From the IMG/VR virus record IMGVR_UViG_3300028840_003723, positions 1 through 27,108 of that record: 27,108 nucleotides of DNA. The stretch is one strand, 5' to 3'. This document shows positions 1 to 9,538 of the stretch, one piece after another. Both the position numbers and the translations under genes were made by a program. The DNA is from a virus (Duplodnaviria; Caudoviricetes). Positions within the stretch are counted from its first letter, which is position 1. Each line of letters begins with the position of its first letter. Below the pieces are notes generated by a model that did not search any database, was not told the origin of the DNA, and saw nothing but the letters and a program-made list of their open reading frames with translations.

Positions 1-141
1 TGGTAAATCTGGCATAACGGGGTCAAGCATCATTCCCCCAGCAAAACCGATAGAAGCCCCATAAACAGCCCCCATCGGACCACCAACGAAAAATCCAACA
101 AATCCGCCTGCTACCCCGCCTACAAGTGCACCTAAACTCAT
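1..141 (-). CDS. Tail tip/central tail protein, GTA gp15 ('megatron')-like, N-terminal fragment running off the window
   Basis: Not in the ORF track. ATG at 141 with SD AAAGGAG. Reads MSLGALVGGVAGGFVGFFVGGPMGAVYGASIGFAGGMMLDPVMPDLP, a Gly-rich hydrophobic N-terminus typical of the gene that follows NlpC/P60 in GTA-like tail tips. Confidence 0.75.
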   Translation of the reverse strand, partial: MSLGALVGGVAGGFVGFFVGGPMGAVYGASIGFAGGMMLDPVMPDLP

Positions 142-186
142 GATATCTCCTTTATTATTTTATTACCCTTGTGAATCAATCGGTAA

Positions 187-666
187 TCATTGAGTAGAGC
201 CCTTTTGCTGATCTTTAAGGAGTCTATAGGCGAATTTCATTTGCGCCCGAAATTTGGGGTCTGTGAATCGAATTCTTTTTACCCCTATTCTATTCAATGC
301 CTGATAAACATATCCATCATGAAATAAGCCAGCGTGGCCAGAAGCCTTTCCATAATGAGAAAGGATAATATCACCCGTGATTAATTTATCGGTTAAACGC
401 AATTTTTCTACGTTAAATTCCCGTTCCAATCCTTCCGCAAGTAATTCCTTGGTATTGTGCAAATGATAGTCTTTTGGATAGTCTGGCAGCTCCACCCGCT
501 TAACCACACAAAGCCCAAGTTCTGCCAAGACCCCACCAACAAAATGGATACAATCACAGCCCATTCCTTTTACGCAAGTTTTATGCCTAAAAGGAGTATC
601 CAACCATTCAGTCATAATCTGAATCAAATTCTGTTTATTTTCCTGATCTTCAAAAAAGTATTCCAT
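187..666 (-). CDS. NlpC/P60 tail-associated cysteine peptidase
   Basis: WLDTPFRH...GCDC (catalytic Cys) and GHAG (His) motifs; positioned after the DUF2163 hub gene. Confidence 0.9.
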   Translation of the reverse strand: MEYFFEDQENKQNLIQIMTEWLDTPFRHKTCVKGMGCDCIHFVGGVLAELGLCVVKRVELPDYPKDYHLHNTKELLAEGLEREFNVEKLRLTDKLITGDIILSHYGKASGHAGLFHDGYVYQALNRIGVKRIRFTDPKFRAQMKFAYRLLKDQQKGSTQ

Positions 667-669
667 AAA

Positions 670-1488
670 TCACCATGATACCCTGATTGCTGGATTCTCA
701 ATAGGAATAAAAGGGAATCCAAGATAGTTGTCAATATTATCAAAAGTATCCCGACAAGTCGTGGCTCTGCCATCGCAGCCAGGATAGGCGTCAACAATAT
801 CTGCTGTTTCCAATTCGATAAAAGGGTACATCAGATATACCGTATTTCCTTCATGGGCAATAATCGATCTCGATTCATTTCCAAAAACAATCTCGCCCCC
901 AATGAAATACCCATCATCAAACATTCCAAAAGCCGACGAAATTAATTCCTTTTTTGTGATATCCAAACTGATAATGGTATTCACTGCATAGCTGGCTTTT
1001 GTTAAGGCGCATTTGGAATCAAATACAGCATGATTGCAAGTTAATTGATAGCGCCATAACGGAATAGATTTTTTCAGGAAATGTTCAAAACCAACACATT
1101 GGCATGCCCCATGAATCCCCTTAAAATTTATTTCCTTTATTTGGCCAACAAAAATGATATCTACTTCGGTCAAATCCTGCCGGTGAATCTTAGCAATTGA
1201 AATCCACATTATTTCTATTGGATTCTGAGCAATATACTCAACCACCGGATCAAGCAAAGAGGGAGCATCAACCTGAACAATGGAAACATCAAGAGTAGAA
1301 TTATAAGTGACCTGACCCCTTTTCAAAGTCCCTGGAGAATATTCATTTCCATCATAAGTTAAAGGAGCATCTCCACTCGTCAAATACCAATGCTGAGAAT
1401 CATCATTTCTCCAAATATGGAAAAGCTCTGCTGGCTCCCTTTGGATTGCTTCCTCTGAATCTATAAAATCTTGTGATACGTTTTTCAT
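670..1488 (-). CDS. Tail tip hub protein, DUF2163/phage BR0599 family (lambda gpL-like, Cys-ligated)
   Basis: CNHAVFDSKC and C-terminal GCDGRATTCRDTFDNIDNYLGFPFIP signature; gene order. Confidence 0.9.
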   Translation of the reverse strand: MKNVSQDFIDSEEAIQREPAELFHIWRNDDSQHWYLTSGDAPLTYDGNEYSPGTLKRGQVTYNSTLDVSIVQVDAPSLLDPVVEYIAQNPIEIMWISIAKIHRQDLTEVDIIFVGQIKEINFKGIHGACQCVGFEHFLKKSIPLWRYQLTCNHAVFDSKCALTKASYAVNTIISLDITKKELISSAFGMFDDGYFIGGEIVFGNESRSIIAHEGNTVYLMYPFIELETADIVDAYPGCDGRATTCRDTFDNIDNYLGFPFIPIENPAIRVSW

Positions 1489-1497
1489 GCTTTCTCC

Positions 1498-4400
1498 TTA
1501 AACGGTTGTTGTAGTCGTTGCATTCATATCTACAATTGAATAGAAATTTGAGGGGTCATTCTGGTTATCATATTCGGTAGAAATCCAATCAGCAGATAAA
1601 GCCTGAGTACATACCCTGATTTCATCAATAACCCCGTCTAAATATCTGGAAGAACCATATAAAGTTGAGGCAGTTAAATTTGCACTGGAGTTGGATAGTC
1701 CACCTGTTTCAGAAGCACTATCTTGCAAAGCCCCATTTAAATAAAGGGCGCACCCTCCGGTTCCAAATTTCACATCAACTTTATAATCAGTCAATGCGCT
1801 GACCGGGCTGATTGTTTCAAGAAAAGTCCCCACTCCTGATCCATTTGAAACTCTACCAAAAAGATGATTGTCCGTCACATCTCCCAAGGCATCGTCTACC
1901 CCTATAACAAAATCATAGGGATTTGTGCCGGCATTATCTTTACCAAGAATGGCATAATAATCAGAGGATGGCATTGTATCCAAATTTATCCAGGCCTGGG
2001 CAACTCCTGTGGAAACATCTAAGGAAGAATCAGAACCAAAGGATATATAATCGTCAGTCCCATCAAAATCAATACCATTTTCTATCTTAGCAGCAACGAT
2101 ATCATATGAATTCATTGTTCCAGAAGATGCCCCATCATTCCCATTTCCGGTTGAATCCAAAAGCTCCGGCAGATCCCAAACAGGAGTTCCCGAATAAACC
2201 TCAAAATTATCAAAATTTGCTTCAACTGTTTGGGTAACGGTAGAAATACATGCTAATTGAACCGTGACATTTGTGGTAGTATTCCAGGAGGATGCTGTGG
2301 AAAGGAGAGTCCAACTCGATCCTCCCCAATAATAAACACTAACAACTCCAGAAGTCCTTACTATTCTAAATTTTCCTGATTCATCAGAAGTAGTAACAGC
2401 AGACCCCTCGGTATACCATGTGGTTCCATTATAAGAAGCATGCCTATATCGATTTAAGCCAGATATGTATTCCCTATTAATCCGGTTATATCGTCCAGAA
2501 GAATCAGCGACAACCATAAAGGTATACCACTTCTCAGTAGTGGTCATCGTCGGCATTTCCCAATCAACCCGAATATCAAAATCACCGGAAAGTACAAAAT
2601 TGGAAAGGACACTGCCGTATAAACTTGCACCGCCCGTAGTAGTGAACAATTTATTTGCTTGGATGTCTACATCCCCATCCGATGCCCACCTATCAGAATC
2701 AGGGGCATCACCATTTGTTCCGGTAAAATCATCATCCGTTTCCGGAAATACTGGTTCCATATGGCAAACGACGGCATAATTAGACCAAACAGCATTTCTA
2801 CCATAGGTTGCGGTCACTGCAGGCTCAGTATCTAATCCATTAACAAAAACATAAACGGTAGTATCCGCAGATGACGAAACAGATGGGACCTTGATATGTA
2901 ATTCACCAGTTTTTGCGGTGGTATCAAGCGTGACCACTTCTCTTGCTAATTCAGTCGTTAAAGAAGCATCGCTATAACATCTAATATCCCCGCCATCTTC
3001 CGTAACGATATCATAGAAAGAATCAGGCATATCACTCAAATCAACATATAACGGATAATTGGAAAGAGTGCTATCCACCTTACTTGATGGAATGGTGATC
3101 GCATATAAGCCCGTGATGCCAGCAACCGTTGTTGAAGTCGATGTGGTTGAAGTCGATGTGGTTGAAGTCGATGTGGTTGAAGTTGATGCGGTAGTTGAAG
3201 TCGTTGAAGTTGTGGTCGTGGTCGTGGTCGTAGAAATTAAAGCCACATCTTTAACTGAATAAAAGGAGCTGGGATTATCCTGATTTTGGAATTCAACATC
3301 AATCCAATCAGCACTTAAAATATCTTCCCTGAATCTGATCTCATCAAGAACCCCATCAAAATAAGCACCACTTCCTACCTTGTTTGCCCCTAATGAAAGT
3401 TCATGATCAGAATCGTCCTCAGCTGATCCAGATGGGGTATCACTTTCGGTGGCTGATCGATTCACCCCATCTAAATAAAAGAGGGGATTATTCGTATCTG
3501 AATCACTGTTATAAGTTAAATCTAATTTGTAGGTAGTCCCGGCTGAAACATATTCCCCATCCATTCTCCATCTACCGAACGATGTGGTAAAATCCTGCTG
3601 AAACTGAATATAAGGATCACTTGTTCTGAGTCCAATAAAATGGCCTTCCAGATTTGAAGAATTGGCTTTGTGATAGATTCTATTAAAAGATAAAACATCA
3701 CAGTCAAACCAGCATTGAAAAGTTCCCCCGCCGGCGAATAGATTATCAAGGGTATTAAGATTATCGCAATCAAAAGTATCATTTGATCCATCAAGATCAA
3801 ATCCGTCCCCAATCTGAGCAGTCACCATATCAGATTCAGTCATATTTGAACCGGCTGATACTCCGTGATTATGATTTCCAGTTGAATCAATTGCAACTGG
3901 AGGCCATTCAATCGTGCCTGTAGTAATCGTGAAATTATCAAAATCGGTAACTGAACCGCCATCAATATCACCATTGCATTCAATCCTGACGTCAACATCA
4001 TTTGACCCAATGGAAGAACCGCTGTAAATTTTCCCCCCAGCAGATCCTTTCCAAGTCCAATCAGATCCATTCCAATACCAGAGAGTAAAATCGGATCCTG
4101 ATCGTTTTATTCTAAATTTACCAGAAGTGAATGTTTCCCCTGCCCCGGTATCTGTGAGTACCCCGGTTCCCCCTACCCACACATCCTGGGAATCATCTGT
4201 TTCATGGGTCAATCGAATACCAATCCAAGATACAAAATCAGTCAAAACTAATGATGCCGGATAACTTCTACCAGAGGATGGGGCATCACTTGATACCTTG
4301 GCATAATCAATTTGAATATCAAAATTACCACTTAAAATAAAATTTGATCTAATTTCAGAAGTGAAATCATTGGAATCATTTGGGACAGTCGCCCTCAATT

Positions 4401-6441
4401 TATTATTATTAATCTCGACAGAATAGCCCGTTGTTTCAAGATCATGACCTGCCGATCTCCATAAAACGGGATCAGGGGGATCTCCGTTATCTCCGGTAAA
4501 ATCATCATCAACCGAAGTTGGGCGCCTTTGCTCCATATGAAAGACCGCAGCATAATCAGCCCAAACGGCATCACGCCCATAGGTAGCATTTGTTGCCGGC
4601 TCAGTTCCTAATCCATCAACATAAACATAAACTTTGGTATCTGTGGATGATGAAACCGAAGGAACTTTCATATGCAATTGACCGGTTTTAGCAGAAGTAT
4701 CAATCGTAACCACTTCTCTTGCTATTTCGGTCGTTTTTGAAATATCTGAATAGCATCTAATATCCCCGCCATCGGAGGTGACCACACTAAAAAATGGGTC
4801 AGGCATATCACTCAAATCAACATATAACGGATAATTGGAAAGAGTGCTGTCCACCGAACTTGCCGGAATGGTGACTTCAACAAGCATATTTCCCGGCAAT
4901 CCGGTTGTTGATGTTGTTGATGTTGATGTTGATGTTGATGATGAAGTTGAAGTCGTGGAACCCGTAACGGTGGTTGATGAAGTTGAAGTCGTCGATGATG
5001 AAGTCGTTGTGGAGCCCGTAACGGTGGTTGATGAAGTTGAAGTCGTGGAAGCCGTATAAGTATGAGTCGTTGAGGTCGTCGATGTGGAGCCCGTAACGGT
5101 GGTTGATGAAGTTGTGGTTGATGTTGATGATGAAGTTGAAGTCGTGGTTGATGATGATGAAGTCGTGGAGGTCGTTGATGAAGTTGTGGAGGTCGTGGTC
5201 GTCGTTGATGAAGTTGTGGTCGTCGTTGTTGAGGTGGTCGTCGGGCTGGGGGCTTCCTGGGAAATGGTATTGAAATTCATTTGAATATCACCCAGGCTAT
5301 CAGTCACATATTGAACTTCTAATTCATCTTGATTAAATCGGCAAAGATTCAAAAAGCAAATCTTGATGCCTGGCAATTCAGCAAGCGAAACATCTTTACC
5401 AATCGGCTTATTGAAAGTTATCGTTGTCCCGGTGGCCCTCAAAACTCCCATTTCAATCTGCGTGCCATCTGGAAAAAGCATAATCATCCAGGTGCCACCC
5501 TTGGTATAAAGCCAATAATCATCAAAATCGATATCTTCGATTGTAAGGGTCACATCACTTGATGAAATAGCATCAGTGATCTTTAAATCATCAACCCATG
5601 AAGGTCTCCAAAAAGCTCCCCATCTTCCTTTATGATAATCAAAGAAATCTGTTAACCGCTTAATCACCTGTTTTTCATCAGGCATATAGACCGCTTCAAA
5701 TTTGATTTCTGTATTATCTTGATGAGTCCAGGAGGTGGCCAATCCATAATATTGAAGCAGATCTGAATTATGCCATTGATCACCGATTAATTCATTTGCC
5801 CAGTTTGGAGGAGTATTCAAAACCGGGTAATCTCTGAATGTTGGATAATGGCTGATTGATGGGGTATTTCTTGTGATGCCCTGGTCAAACTCTTCCATGA
5901 ATTCCATTTGAATTTCAGACATTCGGTTGGTCATATTTCCGAATTTTTGACTTGACCTAATTCTTGCTTTTAAGATAGGGTAAACTTTGGCATTGATTCC
6001 CCAGGCATATAAGCAATTTTCAACAGAAGTGATAGTTGTTCCCGTGAAAGAATCCACTGTTAAAATTTCATAGGTATCTTTATCCGTCATGATGGTGAAT
6101 TCACCACCAATTTCAAGATCCATATATTCAGTGGAATCAACTTGAAAAGTAGAATCAGCTACCAAGGCGGCTGAAGTCAGGTGCATTTCATTTGGCCATA
6201 TAGGACAGCCCCAAATATTCGGTATATTGCGGTGGAGCTTTTTCTTGACGTAAGCCATATCTGAATATTTAACGGCGCTTACAGAGTAGCTTAGCGTCCG
6301 CCTGGGCCATGAAAGAATAGCAGATCTCTTTTCTCTATTGGTCAATCCAATCTGTAAAGAGGTGTGCCACTTCCTTTTCAAAGAAACAATATTTGCCCAA
6401 TCTGGCTTTAGCATGAAATAATCATTTACCACGGTTGCCAT
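1498..6441 (-). CDS. Large distal-tail (Dit-like) protein fused to Thr/Ser linkers and two DUF2341-like/LamG (concanavalin-fold) adhesin modules
   Basis: Follows TMP. The N-terminal ~395 aa has two P(D/N)WAN-initiated halves. Thr/Ser linkers lie at about 4900-5250 and 3120-3235. Two homologous modules begin (V/I)TIPxSxVDSTLSNYPLYVDLSDMPD and end DG(V)(L/I)DEIR...SADWIxxExxNQ. Confidence 0.8.
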   Translation of the reverse strand: MATVVNDYFMLKPDWANIVSLKRKWHTSLQIGLTNREKRSAILSWPRRTLSYSVSAVKYSDMAYVKKKLHRNIPNIWGCPIWPNEMHLTSAALVADSTFQVDSTEYMDLEIGGEFTIMTDKDTYEILTVDSFTGTTITSVENCLYAWGINAKVYPILKARIRSSQKFGNMTNRMSEIQMEFMEEFDQGITRNTPSISHYPTFRDYPVLNTPPNWANELIGDQWHNSDLLQYYGLATSWTHQDNTEIKFEAVYMPDEKQVIKRLTDFFDYHKGRWGAFWRPSWVDDLKITDAISSSDVTLTIEDIDFDDYWLYTKGGTWMIMLFPDGTQIEMGVLRATGTTITFNKPIGKDVSLAELPGIKICFLNLCRFNQDELEVQYVTDSLGDIQMNFNTISQEAPSPTTTSTTTTTTSSTTTTTSTTSSTTSTTSSSSTTTSTSSSTSTTTSSTTVTGSTSTTSTTHTYTASTTSTSSTTVTGSTTTSSSTTSTSSTTVTGSTTSTSSSTSTSTSTTSTTGLPGNMLVEVTIPASSVDSTLSNYPLYVDLSDMPDPFFSVVTSDGGDIRCYSDISKTTEIAREVVTIDTSAKTGQLHMKVPSVSSSTDTKVYVYVDGLGTEPATNATYGRDAVWADYAAVFHMEQRRPTSVDDDFTGDNGDPPDPVLWRSAGHDLETTGYSVEINNNKLRATVPNDSNDFTSEIRSNFILSGNFDIQIDYAKVSSDAPSSGRSYPASLVLTDFVSWIGIRLTHETDDSQDVWVGGTGVLTDTGAGETFTSGKFRIKRSGSDFTLWYWNGSDWTWKGSAGGKIYSGSSIGSNDVDVRIECNGDIDGGSVTDFDNFTITTGTIEWPPVAIDSTGNHNHGVSAGSNMTESDMVTAQIGDGFDLDGSNDTFDCDNLNTLDNLFAGGGTFQCWFDCDVLSFNRIYHKANSSNLEGHFIGLRTSDPYIQFQQDFTTSFGRWRMDGEYVSAGTTYKLDLTYNSDSDTNNPLFYLDGVNRSATESDTPSGSAEDDSDHELSLGANKVGSGAYFDGVLDEIRFREDILSADWIDVEFQNQDNPSSFYSVKDVALISTTTTTTTTSTTSTTASTSTTSTSTTSTSTTSTSTTVAGITGLYAITIPSSKVDSTLSNYPLYVDLSDMPDSFYDIVTEDGGDIRCYSDASLTTELAREVVTLDTTAKTGELHIKVPSVSSSADTTVYVFVNGLDTEPAVTATYGRNAVWSNYAVVCHMEPVFPETDDDFTGTNGDAPDSDRWASDGDVDIQANKLFTTTGGASLYGSVLSNFVLSGDFDIRVDWEMPTMTTTEKWYTFMVVADSSGRYNRINREYISGLNRYRHASYNGTTWYTEGSAVTTSDESGKFRIVRTSGVVSVYYWGGSSWTLLSTASSWNTTTNVTVQLACISTVTQTVEANFDNFEVYSGTPVWDLPELLDSTGNGNDGASSGTMNSYDIVAAKIENGIDFDGTDDYISFGSDSSLDVSTGVAQAWINLDTMPSSDYYAILGKDNAGTNPYDFVIGVDDALGDVTDNHLFGRVSNGSGVGTFLETISPVSALTDYKVDVKFGTGGCALYLNGALQDSASETGGLSNSSANLTASTLYGSSRYLDGVIDEIRVCTQALSADWISTEYDNQNDPSNFYSIVDMNATTTTTV
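3023..3072. repeat. 50-bp exact direct repeat, copy in adhesin module 2
   Basis: tcaggcatatcactcaaatcaacatataacggataattggaaagagtgct is identical to 4799-4848. Confidence 0.9.
3131..3190. repeat. 15-bp tandem repeat (gttgaagtcgatgtg x3 plus one degenerate copy) encoding Thr/Ser linker 2
   Basis: Read directly from the sequence. Confidence 0.9.
4799..4848. repeat. 50-bp exact direct repeat, copy in adhesin module 1
   Basis: Identical to 3023-3072. Confidence 0.9.
4900..5245. repeat. Low-complexity tandem repeats encoding the ~115-aa Thr/Ser linker 1
   Basis: A (gttgat)n run and three copies of cccgtaacggtggttgatgaagtt (TSSTTVTG). Confidence 0.9.
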
Positions 6442-6451
6442 ATTATTTCTC

Positions 6452-9268
6452 CTAACTTCTGAGGATTCGTTTCACAGCCTCTGATTTTGAATTGATCACA
6501 TTTAGTACTGCATTTTGACCGCTGGCAGATGATAGATATTGATCTAATTCTCTTGGATCTGAAACGTTGATCATTGTAATTTCAGTTGATCCATTTCCGC
6601 GCTGCCCTGGCATCTGAGCACCAGAACTCACCAATCCACCATCAGCAAAACGATTCTGCCTTCCCTTTGCGATTAATCCACCGGTAGCATATCCAGCAAA
6701 GGCCCCTCGTGGAATTGATTTACGCCTGATCGCTTCCATTACTCCTTTGCCATAATAATCAACGGCAGAAACTGGTTGCATAAATTCACCGGCGGTCGCC
6801 ATAATTCCAATATTATCAGCTTTCGCGTGAGGAGAATACCCGGGAACTTCACCACCATCAGCCAATCCTGTTGAAGCAATCGTTGCTAATTGGACAGCCC
6901 CCATTGCGCCAGTTGCTATGGCTAATGGAATATTTGGCAAAGCCTTTGTTATAGCAGCAGCTATATTTATTGTGGCCTCAGCAAGGGCAGCTGCTTTGGC
7001 TATATAAAATAACTCTTTATTCTTTTCTCCGGTCATTTGATATAATTTGGTGAATACATCAGCGGTTCCCTGTGCTATTGTTTTGAAATTATTAAGACGA
7101 TATTCCTGTAATTTCAAAGCCTGATCAGCAGCTTGCTGTTCTTTTTCAAGTGTTTGTAATCTGGATTGTTCGGCAATGGCATCTTTTTCAGCCTGGGTGG
7201 CCGCTTCAATTTCAGCCTCTGATGCCTTTCTATCACGGAGGGCTTGAAGCTGTTCTTCATGAAATTTTTTAACGATCTGCATTTCCTGGTTTTGCTTATT
7301 CTGCAGATCACTTATTTCTTTTTGAAAATCTGCTTCTATAGCAGTTTGACCTTCTACTCGAAGACGTTGTTGTTGATCTTGTAAGGCCTTATCGGCATTC
7401 AATTTCAATTTATTTAGTTTTTCTTTTGATTTCAAAAGATCAGCATCAAGTTTATCCTGGTCTGTCTTAGCTTCCTGGGCAAGTTTAATTTTTTCAGTTT
7501 GGTAGGCCTGATCCAGGGCGAATAATTTGGCATTCAAAGCAGCCTTTTTATCAGGATCATTCGAGGCTGCCAATTGTTGTTCTAAAATCTTTCTCTCAGC
7601 TTCGATCTTTTGAGCCACAATGGATAATCTGCGGTCATAATAATCGGATAATGAGATCAGTTTATTTTCGTAATCTGCTTCAAGTTTGGCAGATTCGGTA
7701 GCCAGGGCGGCATTGATTTTTATCAGAGATGCTTTCAAGATGGATTCTATGCTGGCGGCAGGAACTATATTTTTAACAATTTTATCACCGACCTTTTTAG
7801 TCCCTTTTCCGATTGGCCCGGTATCCTCCACCGATTTTTCAAGCTCGGATCTCATTTCTTTTGTGATGGCTCTGACTACTTTGCCCCCTGATTCTGCTAA
7901 AGGATCTTCCGCAGTTCCATACAGATTATTTATATCCTTAACAAAACCATCCATAGCAGCTTTAGCAAGATCAAACTGACCCGTGATGAGTCCCCCGGCT
8001 GCGATGGCTAATGATGAAATGGCGGACAATCCGTTATAAATTCGGGTAAGACCGGTAATCATAAAGTCGAAGATCTCGATAACCCCTTCGCCCCATCCCT
8101 GGAGATTGCCATTCTCCTGCATTTGCTTTACAGCATCGGTGATAGCCCTTATCCAATCCCTAAACGTGGATAAAACGATAGTTACCTCGGGGCCAAAGGC
8201 TTCCCCAAGTTGAATTTTAAATGATTCAATTACAGAAGCGGTTTTCCTAAGTTGACCACCAAGTCCTGCTTCCATCTGATCAGCAATTTCTTTAGAGGTT
8301 CCCCCCGCTGCCCTTAATTCTTTAATTAAATCTTCCAGCCCCTGTGATCCCTGATTGACCAAAGCCTGTAATGCTGGGCCGGCCCTTTCCCCAAATGCTG
8401 CCAATGCTTCGTCACCGGAGAGCCCGGCGGCTTCCAATTGTTTAATGACTTCAACAAATCCTATGAAATCACCCTCAGAATCCTTTACTCGTAAAGTCGT
8501 CTGACCAATCCTGGCTCCCAGTTTTGCCATTGCTTCTGCTTCTTTGGCTGTTGGAGCAAGTAAAGCGCCTATTGCGTTTTTGAGATTAGTTCCTGCTAAG
8601 GATCCTTTTTGACCGGCATCACCGAGTTTACCAATAGTGGCTAATAGATCTTCGAAGTCACCCCCAACACCTTTTGAAAGGGAGCCCACATATTTAAATG
8701 ATTCACCAATTTCAATTAAATTGGTATTAGATGAGGTAAAAGTTTTCGCCAGAACATCATTAACTCTTTCAAGATTACCCACTTCCAATCCAAAAGCACT
8801 CAAAACATTCGTGGCAATATCTGCTGCATCCCCTAATTCCAGAGCACCAGCGGCGGCAAGATTTAAAACACCTGGTAGGGCTTCTGCTGCTTCTGCTGCT
8901 TCAAAACCAGCCATTCCAAGAAATCGGAGGGCTTCAGCGGCATTGGAGGCAGTATATCGGGTTTCAGCCCCCATCTTTTTTGCCACTTCCGTCATATGCT
9001 CCAGTTCTTCCGCTGTGGCAGATGTAACGGCTCCTGCTGCCCTCATATTATCGTCGAAATCAGCAAAAGTTTTTATTGCATTACCGAATAAAGCCCCACC
9101 AGCTAAGAGTGATGCAACACCAGCCAATTGGGTATACATATTGTTTAACCCCTTGGCTGATTTTTGGGCGCCTTTCCCTATCTTCCCTAAATCGGAGTTC
9201 AGGTTTTGAAGACCCCGTTTAGCAGCATTTTGGAAGGTCACCTTGATATTCATATTCTCGGTAGCCAT
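6452..9268 (-). CDS. Tail tape measure protein (TP901-type core)
   Basis: 938 aa, Ala/Gly-rich helical. Core FDDNMRAAGAVTSAT...GAETRYTASNAAEALRFLGMAGF; C-terminal GLADGGEV...GEF. Follows the chaperone. Confidence 0.95.
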   Translation of the reverse strand: MATENMNIKVTFQNAAKRGLQNLNSDLGKIGKGAQKSAKGLNNMYTQLAGVASLLAGGALFGNAIKTFADFDDNMRAAGAVTSATAEELEHMTEVAKKMGAETRYTASNAAEALRFLGMAGFEAAEAAEALPGVLNLAAAGALELGDAADIATNVLSAFGLEVGNLERVNDVLAKTFTSSNTNLIEIGESFKYVGSLSKGVGGDFEDLLATIGKLGDAGQKGSLAGTNLKNAIGALLAPTAKEAEAMAKLGARIGQTTLRVKDSEGDFIGFVEVIKQLEAAGLSGDEALAAFGERAGPALQALVNQGSQGLEDLIKELRAAGGTSKEIADQMEAGLGGQLRKTASVIESFKIQLGEAFGPEVTIVLSTFRDWIRAITDAVKQMQENGNLQGWGEGVIEIFDFMITGLTRIYNGLSAISSLAIAAGGLITGQFDLAKAAMDGFVKDINNLYGTAEDPLAESGGKVVRAITKEMRSELEKSVEDTGPIGKGTKKVGDKIVKNIVPAASIESILKASLIKINAALATESAKLEADYENKLISLSDYYDRRLSIVAQKIEAERKILEQQLAASNDPDKKAALNAKLFALDQAYQTEKIKLAQEAKTDQDKLDADLLKSKEKLNKLKLNADKALQDQQQRLRVEGQTAIEADFQKEISDLQNKQNQEMQIVKKFHEEQLQALRDRKASEAEIEAATQAEKDAIAEQSRLQTLEKEQQAADQALKLQEYRLNNFKTIAQGTADVFTKLYQMTGEKNKELFYIAKAAALAEATINIAAAITKALPNIPLAIATGAMGAVQLATIASTGLADGGEVPGYSPHAKADNIGIMATAGEFMQPVSAVDYYGKGVMEAIRRKSIPRGAFAGYATGGLIAKGRQNRFADGGLVSSGAQMPGQRGNGSTEITMINVSDPRELDQYLSSASGQNAVLNVINSKSEAVKRILRS

Positions 9269-9271
9269 TCA

Positions 9272-9538
9272 TTATCTCCTTTTCATAAACTGACCCCACT
9301 TTCGGTCGTCTGCTAATCGGGCCACTCTAAAAGCTATGGCCATATCCTTTCTGTTATCGTTTTTGATGAATTGATGCTCATTCAAAGCCATAACAAAAAA
9401 ACTATAGCCATAGGAAAGGACGTTCGTATGTCCTGCTTCTATAAGATGGCAAGCATCTTTGAAAAGTTGCTCATATGCTTTTGAATTGTTTTGCTGACCA
9501 TTTCCGGAATTTTTAGTTTTTCCAGTACTCCTAAAAAA
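9272..9538 (-). CDS. Tail assembly chaperone -1 frameshift extension (gpT-like part of a gpGT fusion)
   Basis: The -1 frame is open from the slippery T TTT TTA (9532-9538) to TAA at 9272, 3 nt before the TMP start. It encodes ...EQLFKDACHLIEAGHTNVLSYGYSFFVMALNEHQFIKNDNRKDMAIAFRVARLADDRKWGQFMKRR. Confidence 0.85.
   Translation of the reverse strand, partial: FFRSTGKTKNSGNGQQNNSKAYEQLFKDACHLIEAGHTNVLSYGYSFFVMALNEHQFIKNDNRKDMAIAFRVARLADDRKWGQFMKRR

Noticed and set aside
1520-4895. Possible diversity-generating retroelement TR/VR pair in the duplicated modules
   Set aside because: No reverse transcriptase in the window, both copies are coding within one gene, and I saw no adenine-restricted mismatch pattern.
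4900-5245. CRISPR-like periodic repeats
   Set aside because: Repeats are in-frame coding low complexity without unique equal-length spacers; no cas genes.
3059-5284. Val/Asp/Glu-rich plus-strand ORFs (3059-3262, 4835-5059, 5084-5284)
   Set aside because: Antisense shadows of the Thr/Ser codon tracts; no SD or promoter.
8637-9209. 190-aa plus-strand ORF
   Set aside because: Fully antisense to the conserved TMP core; explained by codon bias of the real gene.
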